From: Histomonas meleagridis 2922-C6/04-290x
Taxonomy: Eukaryota > Protista > Parabasalia
NCBI GenBank assembly: GCA_020184695.1
Contig: JAANOX010000004.1
Span: 316,627-380,626 of the forward strand
Length of the DNA: 64,000 bases
Reading direction: 5' to 3'
A program made the position numbers and the translations under genes. The notes beneath the pieces are model-generated. The model made no database searches, was not told the DNA's origin, and saw only the letters and a program-made list of their open reading frames with translations. Positions 1 to 10,750 of this stretch are shown in pieces (position 1 is the first letter of the stretch; every line of letters begins with the position of its first letter).

Positions 1-1
1 C

Positions 2-671
2 CCACCAAGTCAAATGCAAATAAAAAGTGTTACGCAACTTTTATATCGAAATATTAATTTTTTTAATAATGACGAACGTTTAATTTATCATTCTTTAACT
101 TCGTTAATGATATTAATACGTTTCACTCAAATTAATATAAATTTCTTGTTAACAAACCTTATAAAATATGATTTTATGTTCGATAAAGTCGAAACTGAAG
201 ATGTTTCTCTTCTTCTTGAGATTTTACTTTCAAGAAAAATTAATGATCGAAATATCTTCATCGAACATAATAAAAAAATTGCAAAGTTATCTTTGAGGTT
301 TTATAAAGATTTACAATTAAACCCAAATTGTCAAAAAATACTTCCGAAAATTGATGACTTTTGGGGAAAGAGCAATGAAAGGAAATTGGTTACAATTCAA
401 ACAAATTTACGAAGATTTTGTGAATTCATTAAAAGATGACGTCTTCGAATTGATAAACTCAATAACATTTATGGCGGAACCTGATATGAAATCGAAAATA
501 AGTGACTTTTTGGATTTATATTTCCCAAAGCCTTTGATGGTTAAAAGGAATTTCTCTTTTCAAAAGGAAATAACACAAATGATTAAAGTGCAAGAGAAAA
601 TTTATGAACAGATAAAGATAATACAAATATTTCAAATAACTCAAAAATGTATTGATATGCTTAGAGAATAA
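2..671 (+). CDS. Hypothetical protein, 5'-partial, split by one frameshift near 345-351
   Basis: ORF 14..439 overlaps ORF 351..671. Protein-like sequence continues in the second frame (MTFGERAMKGNWLQFKQIYEDF...) after the run 'ccgaaaattgatg'. The frame is open to the window start. The stop lies in TAAA. Confidence 0.5.
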
Positions 672-1149
672 AAAATTATTATATATATTTTAGTTGTGAT
701 TTTAATAATAGAATTTTTTGGATTTTTTGGTCATTATAAATTATTATAGAGTATACCGTTCCTTCATATGTCTGTAAATTTTTGAAAACACTTAATTTTC
801 AACATTACTCCCATCAATTAAAATTTATGATTCTATTATTTTCTTCAAGAAAGTATATATAAAAAGCATTATTTACATATTTTTGAATTTCATAAATTCG
901 ATTTTTTTTTCATCAAACATATGATTTTGATTATTTTTATAATATTAATTTGCTAATTATATATTATTTTAGTATTTTTGAAATTGATTTACAACAACTT
1001 CAATAATAAACGTTCAAAAACAAGTGCTAAACGTTTTTCACAAGAAAAATTCTGAGGATTTCCTTCTTTCAAATAATTCTATATGATCATAGAATAAAAA
1101 TTTTTTACTGAATGTAATTTTAAACGTTCTTTGGGTGAAGTCACCCAAA

Positions 1150-4100
1150 ATGCACACCATCAATGAAGAATTCGAAACCGTAGTACCAAAAGGACTTGAG
1201 TGGCTTTGCGAACTTGGTGTAGGCTTTACTAAAGGAGGTGATGTATTTTTTACAATACCTACATATCTTATTACCGAAAATTTAGAAAAATGGGTGAACC
1301 AAACTCCATCTAATGAATTAGATGAGGCCAAAGAATCCATTGAAAAATATCTTGTTGAAAAAGACAGTCTTTATCAATGGCTTAAATCTGAAAGTAATTC
1401 ATTACCATCACTTGTTCATATTTTAATTCGTAATACAACATTTCAAAACGAGATTATTAAGCTTCTTTGTCAATTTCTCTCAATGACAGGTTTAGAAGGT
1501 ATTCCCACAGAAAAAACAAAACACATAGTTAATCAAATCATTTCAGTTTTTTCATTTCTTCCCAAAGTTGTTGATCAAGACTATTTTGAAAGTACGATTT
1601 TTGATAGTTTAAGTACCACAGAAGAATGTTTTTGTCAATTATTAATTCAAAATTTCCATCATTTTTTTGATAATTCTGATACTATCATTAATCGTTTAAT
1701 TGACTTAATGGATCAAATGCCGAAATATGCCAAAGAAGCTCTTTCTTCATTAGAATGTTTTAATCTTACACAAGAAAAAAAAGATGAAGTTCGTGATAAA
1801 GTCCGTAATGACATGCTTTCATCAGTAAGTTCTAATGACTTGCCGACATTCATAAGGTTTCTAATTAACTCGACTGATTCAAATAATGCTGCGTCTACGG
1901 TGAGTGCGATTCGTAATCAAATCATTATTGTTGACAACAGCATCAAAATTCAAATTGACACTCTATCGTTGGACGATACAAACGTCTTCCTCCTAATTCA
2001 ACTTAAATCTGCTTTACAATTTAATCATGATTTTTGTAATGAATTTATACGTGTATTAGATACGTGTAATGATTTATGTATATTAGACGTATGGATATTA
2101 TTTTGTTTATTTTCTATTCCATCAAAAAGGATTAAAGCAGAACAATTATTAACCAAATTATCTGAAAATGGACTTTTCATAACTAAATTAACAAATTCAA
2201 TTGTTGGTTATATAAATGTATTAGAAACACTTATAACTACACTTACAGAAATAATCCCATGGGCATTAAATCATACTTCTAATAAAGTTGTTGAAGTTGG
2301 ATCAACATTAGCAATCATATTATTTAAAGAAATTGATAAACCGGAAATCCAACAAGATATATTAGCGTCATTAATACGACAAATTAATATCGGCATTGAT
2401 AGTAATAAAGAAAATGCATCGAATGTCCTTATACAATTATCGAAAGAAGCGTTACCAAAGTTAAGTTATCATTTACCATTACTTCAAGGCATATTATATT
2501 CATATGATTCTATTCCAGTATATATATTTAAGAATGTAATTAATGTAATAGTTTTAGCAACATTTAAAGAAGAAGGCGATTATAAAAATGGATCACAATT
2601 ATCAATATTTTATGAGAAATTAATACAATCTAATAAACGAGAAACAAAAGATATCGGAATTATTACTGCGTCATCAGTCATTAATCGATTATCATCAATT
2701 AACATTGAAAACATTGATATCATATTACAATATTTTAATAGTATTTTATCAAGTTTAAAAGATGATATTTTAGGAATTAATTTATTTTTAACTCAAATTA
2801 AATTAAATAATGATCGAAATAATTTATTTAATGAATATTTAATTAAAATATTAACAGAAAGTTTAAAGTCAATTAAAATCGAACGTAAAAATGATATAAC
2901 TGAATGGTTTTCATTATCTGAAGAAACAGATTATGCTATCGATTGTATAACAGATGTAATTAATGGAAGTTTTTATCAAAATCAAAAGAAATCGATTTTG
3001 TTAGTCGATCAAGTTCGACAATTACAACAAGGATTAAATAGTTCATTTGTTATCATGAATTCAGGAATCCAATTATTATTTGATTGTCATATTAAATTAA
3101 ACCATAATATCATTGAAGTAATGGATGATTATATTCATATGCCATTACATTTATTTGCACGTGAAGAAGATAAAGATGAAAACAATTTAACACATAATCA
3201 AAAAATTCAATGTTTATTATTAGCACATAGTTGGATATGTTCATTAATTAATTATATTTATGATTATAATGATATCTTTGATATAATTATTGAGAAATTT
3301 AATAATCGAATTGAAATAGAAAATGAAATCTTAAATTATATGAATCAAATAAAAACTTTTACACATCCTTTATATGGACAAATGTTTCCACGTTCTAAAG
3401 CTTATATTAAAAAGATTTCATCATCAATAGATCGATCATCAATGTTTATTAGTAAATTTAGAGGATCATTTATAGCACCACGTTATGAATCATTATATAT
3501 CATTAAGAACATTGATTTCCAATATGAACCAATTATCCTTCGATTATTAGATGATTATATTTATATATTAAATCCACCTAAAGATCCATTATTTAATGTC
3601 ATAAAACCGGACGAATTTGATTTAGATTTATTACAATATATATCAAATGATTTATTAAATCATTTTTGTTCAACAGAAACAAAATATTCACAAATGATTA
3701 TTGAACGAATTTTAACAATTATTAATATACAAATCCAATTACCGATTTATAAAGATAAAAATATATTTTCATTGTTCTTAAGTAGTATTAGTTTCCAACT
3801 TACACGAAAAGATTGTTTTTTACATTTCTCTCAAATGATATGTAATTCGATGCCATTAAATAATAAGTTATTAATGATCACATTATTAAAGAACATTATT
3901 CATTGTGGACCTGTTCAACGGAATATAATGGAAATAATGAACAATGAGTTTAATATCTTATGTAAACATTGTTATGAATTACTTTCTTCACGCCAAACAA
4001 TATTAAACAAAAATGGCGTGAAACAAATTCTTCCGATTTATTTTGAACATCATCAAAATTGTTTAAATGTAATAAAAGATTTAGTTAAAAATATACTGAA

Positions 4101-4695
4101 ACCAAATATATTCTCAAATGAACAAAGTGAAGAATGGACTTCTTTAACAGAAGATACATATGAATTTTATTTAAATAATTGTTTTAACATTATAAATAAA
4201 AAAGTTAACGAGTTTAATAAAAGAATTAAAAAAGATGACATTACATTAGATGAACAAAACATTTTGGTGATGATGGAAAGGTTAATATTATTATCCGATT
4301 TAATAAAAGAAATAACTAAAAACGCATTGGACCCAAAAATCCCAGATAAAACTTTAAGAATCGTAATGAGCTCAGGTTCAACGTGGATGGAATATTGTTC
4401 TGCGTTGTTGGAGTTCCTAAAAGACGCGTATCAAGTCGACAATAGGAAAGTACATAAGTTCTTGAATAATATGACAATGATACAAAAGAATTTGCAGAAA
4501 TTATCAAATTACGTAAGAAAAGACGTGCCGCAATTACAGAAATATTTGCCGAAGCTGAGTAAGGCGCTGTCGCAGTTTAACTACGATTTGAAATGCGCAT
4601 TCTCAACAGTGTTCGGTGATGAGGACGTAAAAATTGGTATATACTCTCAGGGGAACTCACAGATAAGCAATGTACAGGATGAAGATGACGAATGA
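1150..4695 (+). CDS. FANCD2: Fanconi anemia group D2 protein homolog (alpha-solenoid, about 1181 aa)
   Basis: Colinear similarity to recalled FANCD2 motifs: [20 protein letters not shown] ~ [31 protein letters not shown] ~ [23 protein letters not shown] ~ [21 protein letters not shown] ~ [27 protein letters not shown] ~ IRKQLSSTVFKYKLIGII. First ATG is at 1150. Confidence 0.8.
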   Translation: [1181 protein letters not shown]

Positions 4696-4764
4696 ATTGT
4701 TAAATAATAATAAAATGTTATTATGTTTTGATTTATGTTGAAATAATAATATTCTTTACGAAAT

Positions 4765-5055
4765 ATTTTATGTTGCGAAAAGACATAAATTCCTTCAATG
4801 CAATTGTAGTTTCGGAATTTTATTAACAAAAAAACAATTTTTCTAGCAAATGATGAAAATGGGAATAAAATTTTATGTTGAGAAAAGACATAAATTCCTT
4901 CAATGCAATTGTAGTTTTGGAATTTTATTAATAAAAAAACAATTTTTCTAGCAAATGATGAAAATGGGAATAAAATTTTATGTTGAGAAAAGATATAAAT
5001 TCCTTCAGTGCAATTGTAGTTTTGGAATTTTATAAACAAAAAAACAATTTTTCTA
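4765..5055. repeat. 105-bp tandem repeat, about 2.7 copies, intergenic
   Basis: 'tgttg(c/a)gaaaaga(c/t)ataaattccttca' recurs at 4771, 4876 and 4981 (period 105) with few substitutions. Confidence 0.95.
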
Positions 5056-5313
5056 ACTATTAATAGAATAAAATCTTATGTTAATAATAGAAATGTGTTT
5101 AAAATGAAAAAATATAAACTGTGTATTTTTGATTTCATCTTAAAAAAGCATTTCTCAAAAATAGAATTATCGCTTCCATTCAAAACATTTGGACGATAAA
5201 AAATATATAGAAATAACCGATAATTGATTTGAATTTTATGCTTTGAATCCCTCAAACGTTTAAGCTTTTGACGGCTAAACGATAACTCATTTGTAGCGGT
5301 TATAACAGTTCAA

Positions 5314-6525
5314 ATGATATCAGCTGTATTCCTGGTCAACAACGAAGGAGTCATTCTAATCGAAAAGCAATATCGCGAAAAAATAAAAAGAAGTGACATA
5401 GATTCTGCCCTAATTGCAATTAAAGATCATACAAAGGTTACTCCAGGAATCATCCAAAATGATGACTTATCAATATTACTTCTCCCTAGAGAAGATATAT
5501 GGATTGTTGGGGTATGTGAAGGAGATGAATTTGCTTTATTTGGCGTTTCTGTCCTTCAATACATTGGAAGACTTCTTCAAACCCAACTAAAGAATGGCGT
5601 TTCAGAATTTTCCATCAAAGATGAATACCACGTAGTTTACAGAATCCTTGACTATGCTGTTGATTTTGGTTATCCACTTTTCGATGAATGCAATTTAGTT
5701 AATACTTTATTGAACCGCCAAACATCAGATTATTCCAAAGGAGAAAGGCTACAGCTTGATCTCGAAAAGCCATGGCGTTCATGTGGCTTTAAACGAACAC
5801 CAAATGAAATCTTACTTGATGTCATCGAAACTATCGACGTTTCTGTCTCTGAACATGGACGTATGGACTTCTGTCATATCCGTGGGAGTATTGAAGCCAC
5901 AAGTAGACTTTCTGGAACGCCAACATGCAAACTTGTATTAAAGCCAACAACTCATTATGAAGACGCATCCTACCACCGTTGTGTCGACAACACTTACACA
6001 GGCAAAACAATCACATTCATTCCACCAAATGGCCAATTTACTCTCATGAGATATCGAGTCACGGCCGCCCAAGTTAATTTACCTGTTTGGATCATACCAA
6101 AGTTCACTTGGGATCGCAGTAGTGTTTCATTTGAGATAATTCTTAAGCCCGATCCAAATCTTCCGAAATTTATTAATAATCTATCGGTAAGTTTTGATCT
6201 TCCTGACGGCGTTACAATGCCTTCCTTCGCCCCTCAGACCGGAAGAGCAACATATGACTCCGCTACGAGGGAGGCGACATGGACGATCGGAATCTTCTCC
6301 GGTAAAGACCCGATCACACTTAAGGGAAGTGCGTCAACGCCTCCTGGCTTTGAGTTGGGCGGAAGGTTCCCCATTGTTTCTGCTAAGTTCTCTACGGTTG
6401 GTGTTGCACCATCCGGTTTTGCTGTTGAAAGATTAGATGTTGAAGGAGAAAACTATAAATCTTTCAAAGGGATGAAATATGTTACTGCATCTGGAAATTA
6501 TGAGTTTAGAACTGGTTTATGCTAA
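5314..6525 (+). CDS. AP3M: Adaptor complex medium (mu) subunit, AP-3 mu-like
   Basis: Longin N-terminus MISAVFLVNNEGVILIEKQYR; ILDYAVDFGYP; mu homology domain with WRS, NEILLDVIE, YHRCVD, FIPPNGQFTLMRY; C-terminal FKGMKYVTASGNYEFR. Confidence 0.85.
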   Translation: MISAVFLVNNEGVILIEKQYREKIKRSDIDSALIAIKDHTKVTPGIIQNDDLSILLLPREDIWIVGVCEGDEFALFGVSVLQYIGRLLQTQLKNGVSEFSIKDEYHVVYRILDYAVDFGYPLFDECNLVNTLLNRQTSDYSKGERLQLDLEKPWRSCGFKRTPNEILLDVIETIDVSVSEHGRMDFCHIRGSIEATSRLSGTPTCKLVLKPTTHYEDASYHRCVDNTYTGKTITFIPPNGQFTLMRYRVTAAQVNLPVWIIPKFTWDRSSVSFEIILKPDPNLPKFINNLSVSFDLPDGVTMPSFAPQTGRATYDSATREATWTIGIFSGKDPITLKGSASTPPGFELGGRFPIVSAKFSTVGVAPSGFAVERLDVEGENYKSFKGMKYVTASGNYEFRTGLC

Positions 6526-6596
6526 ATAAACAAAGCAAGTAAATGCTAGAAATATGTAATAGATTTTATATCTTTGTTAAAGTAAATTTCATTTAT

Positions 6597-7202
6597 TTAA
6601 TATGTTTCACATTTGGATTTTTTCGTTTTCTTTTTCGTTTCCTTTTGATCCTTTTGTAATAAAATATGTGCAATTCCTTCAAAGAGTTCTTTAATGTTCT
6701 TATATTCTCGATATGATACTTCTAACACTGGACATCCAAGTTCTTTACCAAGTGCTTGACCAACTTCAATCGGAACTGAATCGGGAGTTCGTCGTTCACA
6801 ATTGTTTGCTGCAATAATGCATGGAATCGTGACAACTCCTTTAGCTTGAAGTGCAGTTTTATATAAATCTTTTACACTTTCAACAGAGGTTGGATCTAAA
6901 ATTGAATAAACAAAAATAAATCCATTAACAATTTTCATTTCCCTATTCCTTGATTCCATAAAACCATCTTGTCCAGCTGTATCCAATATTTCAATAGTGA
7001 CTGATTTCCCATCAACTTTGATAGTTTTTGTGAATTCATCTTCTATTGTCAGCATATAAAGTGGTTCATATTGTTCTATAATATATGCTTTTGTGATTTC
7101 AGTCTTATCAGAGCCACCTCCGCCAAAAACACCAATCTTATAATAATATTTTTCTTCTGATTGCGTTTCATTTCCAGGTTTCTCATCTTGTTTTTGACTC
7201 AT
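6597..7202 (-). CDS. Ras/Rap-family small GTPase with degenerate nucleotide-binding motifs
   Basis: YKIGVFGGGGSDKT (G1), TIEDEF (G2), ILDTAGQD (G3), NNCE (G4), VSYR (G5), polybasic tail ending KKSKCETY. Likely start MSQKQ at 7202. Confidence 0.85.
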   Translation of the reverse strand: MSQKQDEKPGNETQSEEKYYYKIGVFGGGGSDKTEITKAYIIEQYEPLYMLTIEDEFTKTIKVDGKSVTIEILDTAGQDGFMESRNREMKIVNGFIFVYSILDPTSVESVKDLYKTALQAKGVVTIPCIIAANNCERRTPDSVPIEVGQALGKELGCPVLEVSYREYKNIKELFEGIAHILLQKDQKETKKKTKKSKCETY

Positions 7203-7431
7203 TTGGAAAGATAATAATTTTGTGATATCAACATATTGAAAACTTTTCAAAGAAAATTCAAAGAAATAATAGAATGAAGTGGGCAGAAAAACATTTAAAT
7301 ACTTATCTTTATTACTGCATTTAACTTCATAATATATCGAAATATTAAATTTTTTGTTGTGACAAATGATTAAACAAAAAAAAATATATTTCAATACTTC
7401 TATTTATTAATTTATATTTTACATTTCATGT

Positions 7432-8212
7432 TCATAATAATACTGGTGGTGTCGATGCTCCATATAATTTGTTTTCAACGTCCATGTTTTGAATATTTTT
7501 ATGGAAAACTTGCGTTTGTAATTCAATAAATACTTTGTACGTCACAAATGAGTCTGAGCCTGCTTGATGTTCTTTGCCAACACGTTCAACTGAATATTGA
7601 TCCGCAATGCCTTGTAAACCATTCGCAATATTAGGAAAACATGACGTATAATATTTAATATCATAAAAATGTGGAAAGTAAATGTGAAGCATTTTGAAAA
7701 AACTTTGGTTGTCGCTCGGGAGTGGTGAACTTGTAAGTGCTTTAAGAAGATATCCAAAATCTGAAATACTATGAAATGTAATCCACGTGATTTCATTGTT
7801 CATAACAAGACCACTCGTAAGAACAAAACGTCCAAAATCATAAACCAATACCTTCTTCATTAAATTTGGAAAAAAATCAATACCTGATTGTTGTAATAAT
7901 GTAATGGCACGTCCAAAAATGTGGATCTTTTTCAATATTAAATTTAAAGTTAAATTGCCACGTACAAACTGGACTTGGAACTTCTCCTTTAGAATTACCT
8001 AACGTGATCCCAATTTGAATGATTTTTAAGATATCAACATTACATCGCATTGATTGATACTCAAGTTCTTCGGTAGATTTAAAACAACCTGATGGTTTAG
8101 CTACAACACCTGGAAATTCGGTATCCATCCCACTAAATGGATAATCTTGAATTAAATCACTGATAATTTTCATTTCTTCTTCTAAATTATTTGCCCATAC
8201 TTCTCGAATCAT
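7432..8212 (-). pseudogene. CAF1: CAF1/POP2 (CNOT7/8) deadenylase copy 1, frameshifted (pseudogene or consensus errors)
   Basis: MIREVWANNLEEEM..MDTEFPG..LEYQSMRCNVDILKIIQIG..SDFGYLLK..HQAGSDS (DEDDh). Split over ORFs 7877..8251 and 7432..7935 by small indels relative to copy 2. Confidence 0.85.
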
Positions 8213-8563
8213 TTTTTTGTGTAAATAAAAGTGGAGGACGTTAAAATTCAACTCAAAGCAGTTCTTTTGTTTACCCCGATAAATTCTTAAAAGAATACTA
8301 TTAATTATCTAAGAAAAATTTTATTTGTTAATTTAAAGATAATTTTTTCAGATTTACTCAGCAAATTTATAAAATTAGTTCATATATTTATTATCTTAAA
8401 ATTATTAATTAATTATCAGCTGCCAATTTTTATTAATATGAAAGCAAATAAAAAATAAATTTAAATGTAATGTTGACATTTCGAAATGATGAATATTTAG
8501 ACAATTATATTTTAGAAAATAATTTTGATTATGTAGGATAATAATTAATTTTAGATAATGAAA

Positions 8564-8635
8564 GGGTGATTGGTCTAGTGGAATGATTCTCGCTTTGGGT
8601 GCGAGAGGTCTCGGGTTCGATTCCCGAATCGCCCC
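8564..8635 (+). tRNA. tRNA-Pro(UGG)
   Basis: GGGTGAT/ATCGCCC acceptor stem, TGGTCTAGTGG D arm, CTCGC-TT-TGG-GT-GCGAG anticodon arm, GGTTCGATTCC T loop, followed by a T-run terminator; 72 nt. Confidence 0.97.
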
Positions 8636-8670
8636 TAAATTTTTGTCACCTTCACCCAAAGGAAGTTCAA

Positions 8671-9941
8671 ATGGACATTCAGAAACAATGAAAGAACAAA
8701 AATCGTAAAAGATCAAAAACTTATTCCAATGTATTAAACTACACGGTGTTGCTACCAATAGCTCTAGCAGATCAAAAAGATTCTTTAAGAATCTCTTAAG
8801 AAGATTTATCATGATCACAAACATCTCAGGAATCCGAATTTAACCAATTTTGTTTTCATTTTCCATATATGGATTTTTCCAATATTCCATTTCTCACATA
8901 GATTAAGATTGGGTCAGATTGCTTTTTGGGTGTTTTTCATGTGCACTTTACTCCAGTGTTAAAAAGCCCAATTTTTCCACTCCGGAGAACATCCAGTTTT
9001 TTATTTCTTTGTTTCAAAGCAATAATTCTTCGTTGATATCGTCTTCTCTTTCTGTATTATACAATATTTGTGCTATCAATGAAGGAAGCCGCAAAAGAAA
9101 TCCCATTTATTATCTTATTGACAATGGAATAATATCAATTCTCAAAACTCTTCCACAATCTGTTCAAATGATACAATTCATTGAACTCTTAAGCACCATC
9201 CAAAGTCCATTTATACCCGATTTATGTTTACTCATCATTAATTATTTGAATTCTGATGATGTTGAATTTCTTTATCACGCAATGATTGCTGTTTATAACA
9301 TCTTCAAAACATGCGTCACGAATGTGAAAGAAATCAAAGAAATATTTTGGCCAATTTTTACGAATAATATTATACGTTATTTTTACGTTAAAAAAAACAG
9401 ATTTTATATTAAATTCTTTCGAGCATTAAATTGTTTTGATGGACTTCCTTATGAATATGGATCAACAATTCTTGAAATCATTTTTGCTTCTAAACCAAAA
9501 CGTAACACTAAAAGAGATAAATTGGTTGGCGTCGCAATGTCATTATTTTTATTTAATAATGAAAATTGGGCACCATTTTTATCCGAAAAATTTGTTTTTA
9601 CTTTCTTTGCTCCGAATGAAAAGAAATCGATATACGAAAAATCGTCGTTTAAAGTACAAAATTTTATCATTGAGGGTTTGGTTCATTATTTTAAGTTTGA
9701 GGATGGTAAAGATGTGTGTTATGGTATAGTCGGCGTGCTAATAGATGCTTTAGAACGTGATGGATTAGAATTACTTTGTTTAAGTAAATTGATTTCGATT
9801 TTGGTAATGAATGAGAAAAACACAATTTTGCTGAATTTGTTCACAGAAAAAATTCAAATTTTTAATGATTTATGTTTAAGTGAAAATGATAAAATACAAG
9901 AAATGGCTTTAAAAATAATAGAATGGATTGAACAAAGTTAA
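8671..9941 (+). CDS. ARM/HEAT-like helical protein (about 420 aa); 5' part frameshifted in this copy
   Basis: The intact N-terminus [10 protein letters not shown]...LLSTIQSP is read from the inverted copy (13518-12979). This copy has indels in 8680-8915 and is then open over 8919..9941. Leu/Ile-rich helical repeats; stop in TAAA. Confidence 0.6.
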
Positions 9942-10459
9942 AATTATTAAAATATATTATTGCATTTGTTTTATTTTTAAATTTTTTGGAATTTTAAATT
10001 ATGAAAATTGTAAAATTTCTTCGATGATATAGCTAAAAAATGTTTAGATTATTTTTGAAACAAAATGTGAAGTTTGTTCTTTTATTTAATCAGAAAACTT
10101 TAATATTAAATTATTTTTATGTGATATTAATACAAATTATTGAAAATGACTTATTTAAGCTATAACTTCATTTCTTTTTAATTAATTCAATTATTTTTTG
10201 ATGATTATACAAAGATGCATAAGTGATGTATTAGATGTTTAACTATTTTGGGGCCTGGCTAAGCACCCCTACGGTTTTAATGGGACCAACTCTATTTATA
10301 TGTTGCTAGATTGCGTGAAAAATTATTATTTTATGTTACATTTTCGGGAATTTTAGATGATTGAACAATTTTTAGAAGATATTGATGTAAATTTCTTTTT
10401 GAGATTGATTATTTTTAAAATCAGTTCGAAAAAAATTTGACTAAAGAAAAAAAACAAAA

Positions 10460-10642
10460 TAATACATTGGAATAAGTTTTTGATCTTTTTACGATTTTTG
10501 TTCTTTCATTGTTTCGAATGTCCATTTAAACTTCCTTTGGGTGAAGGTGAAAAAAACAAAAATTTAGGGGCGATTCGGGAATCGAACCCGAGACCTCTCG
10601 CACCCAAAGCGAGAATCATTCCACTAGACCAATCACCCTTTC
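10460..10642. repeat. About 180-bp duplicated tRNA-Pro plus ARM-gene 5' fragment (direct copy of about 13453-13635)
   Basis: 'aatacattggaataagtttttgatc...ggtgaaaaaaacaaaaatttagggg...aatcaccctttc' is near-identical to 13453-13635, and the flanks are unrelated. Confidence 0.9.
10567..10638 (-). tRNA. tRNA-Pro(UGG), additional copy
   Basis: Reverse complement identical to 8564-8635. Confidence 0.97.
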
Positions 10643-10750
10643 GTTATTTGAAAAAATACATTATTTTTTATTATAATAATTTTTATCATCTGTTTTTTTG
10701 GTTATTTTTCATATTATTATTTAACATTTGTCTATCAATCTTTTGAAAAT

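Larger units (their letters stand above)
7281..9209. repeat. Left arm of inverted duplication A (partner 12979-14922)
   Basis: 'gggcagaaaaacatttaaatac' (7281) is the reverse complement of 14901-14922. 'gcaccatccaaagtcca' (ending 9209) is the reverse complement of the sequence starting 12979. The arm contains CAF1, tRNA-Pro and the 5' part of an ARM gene. Confidence 0.95.

Noticed and set aside
4647-5039. 130-aa minus-strand ORF with 35-aa repeats
   Set aside because: It is a by-product of the 105-bp tandem repeat, with no recognisable motif and a non-ATG start.
8405-8824. ORFs 8405..8824, 10480..10746 and 13431..13763 ([25 protein letters not shown])
   Set aside because: These are antisense translations of tRNA-Pro, not proteins.
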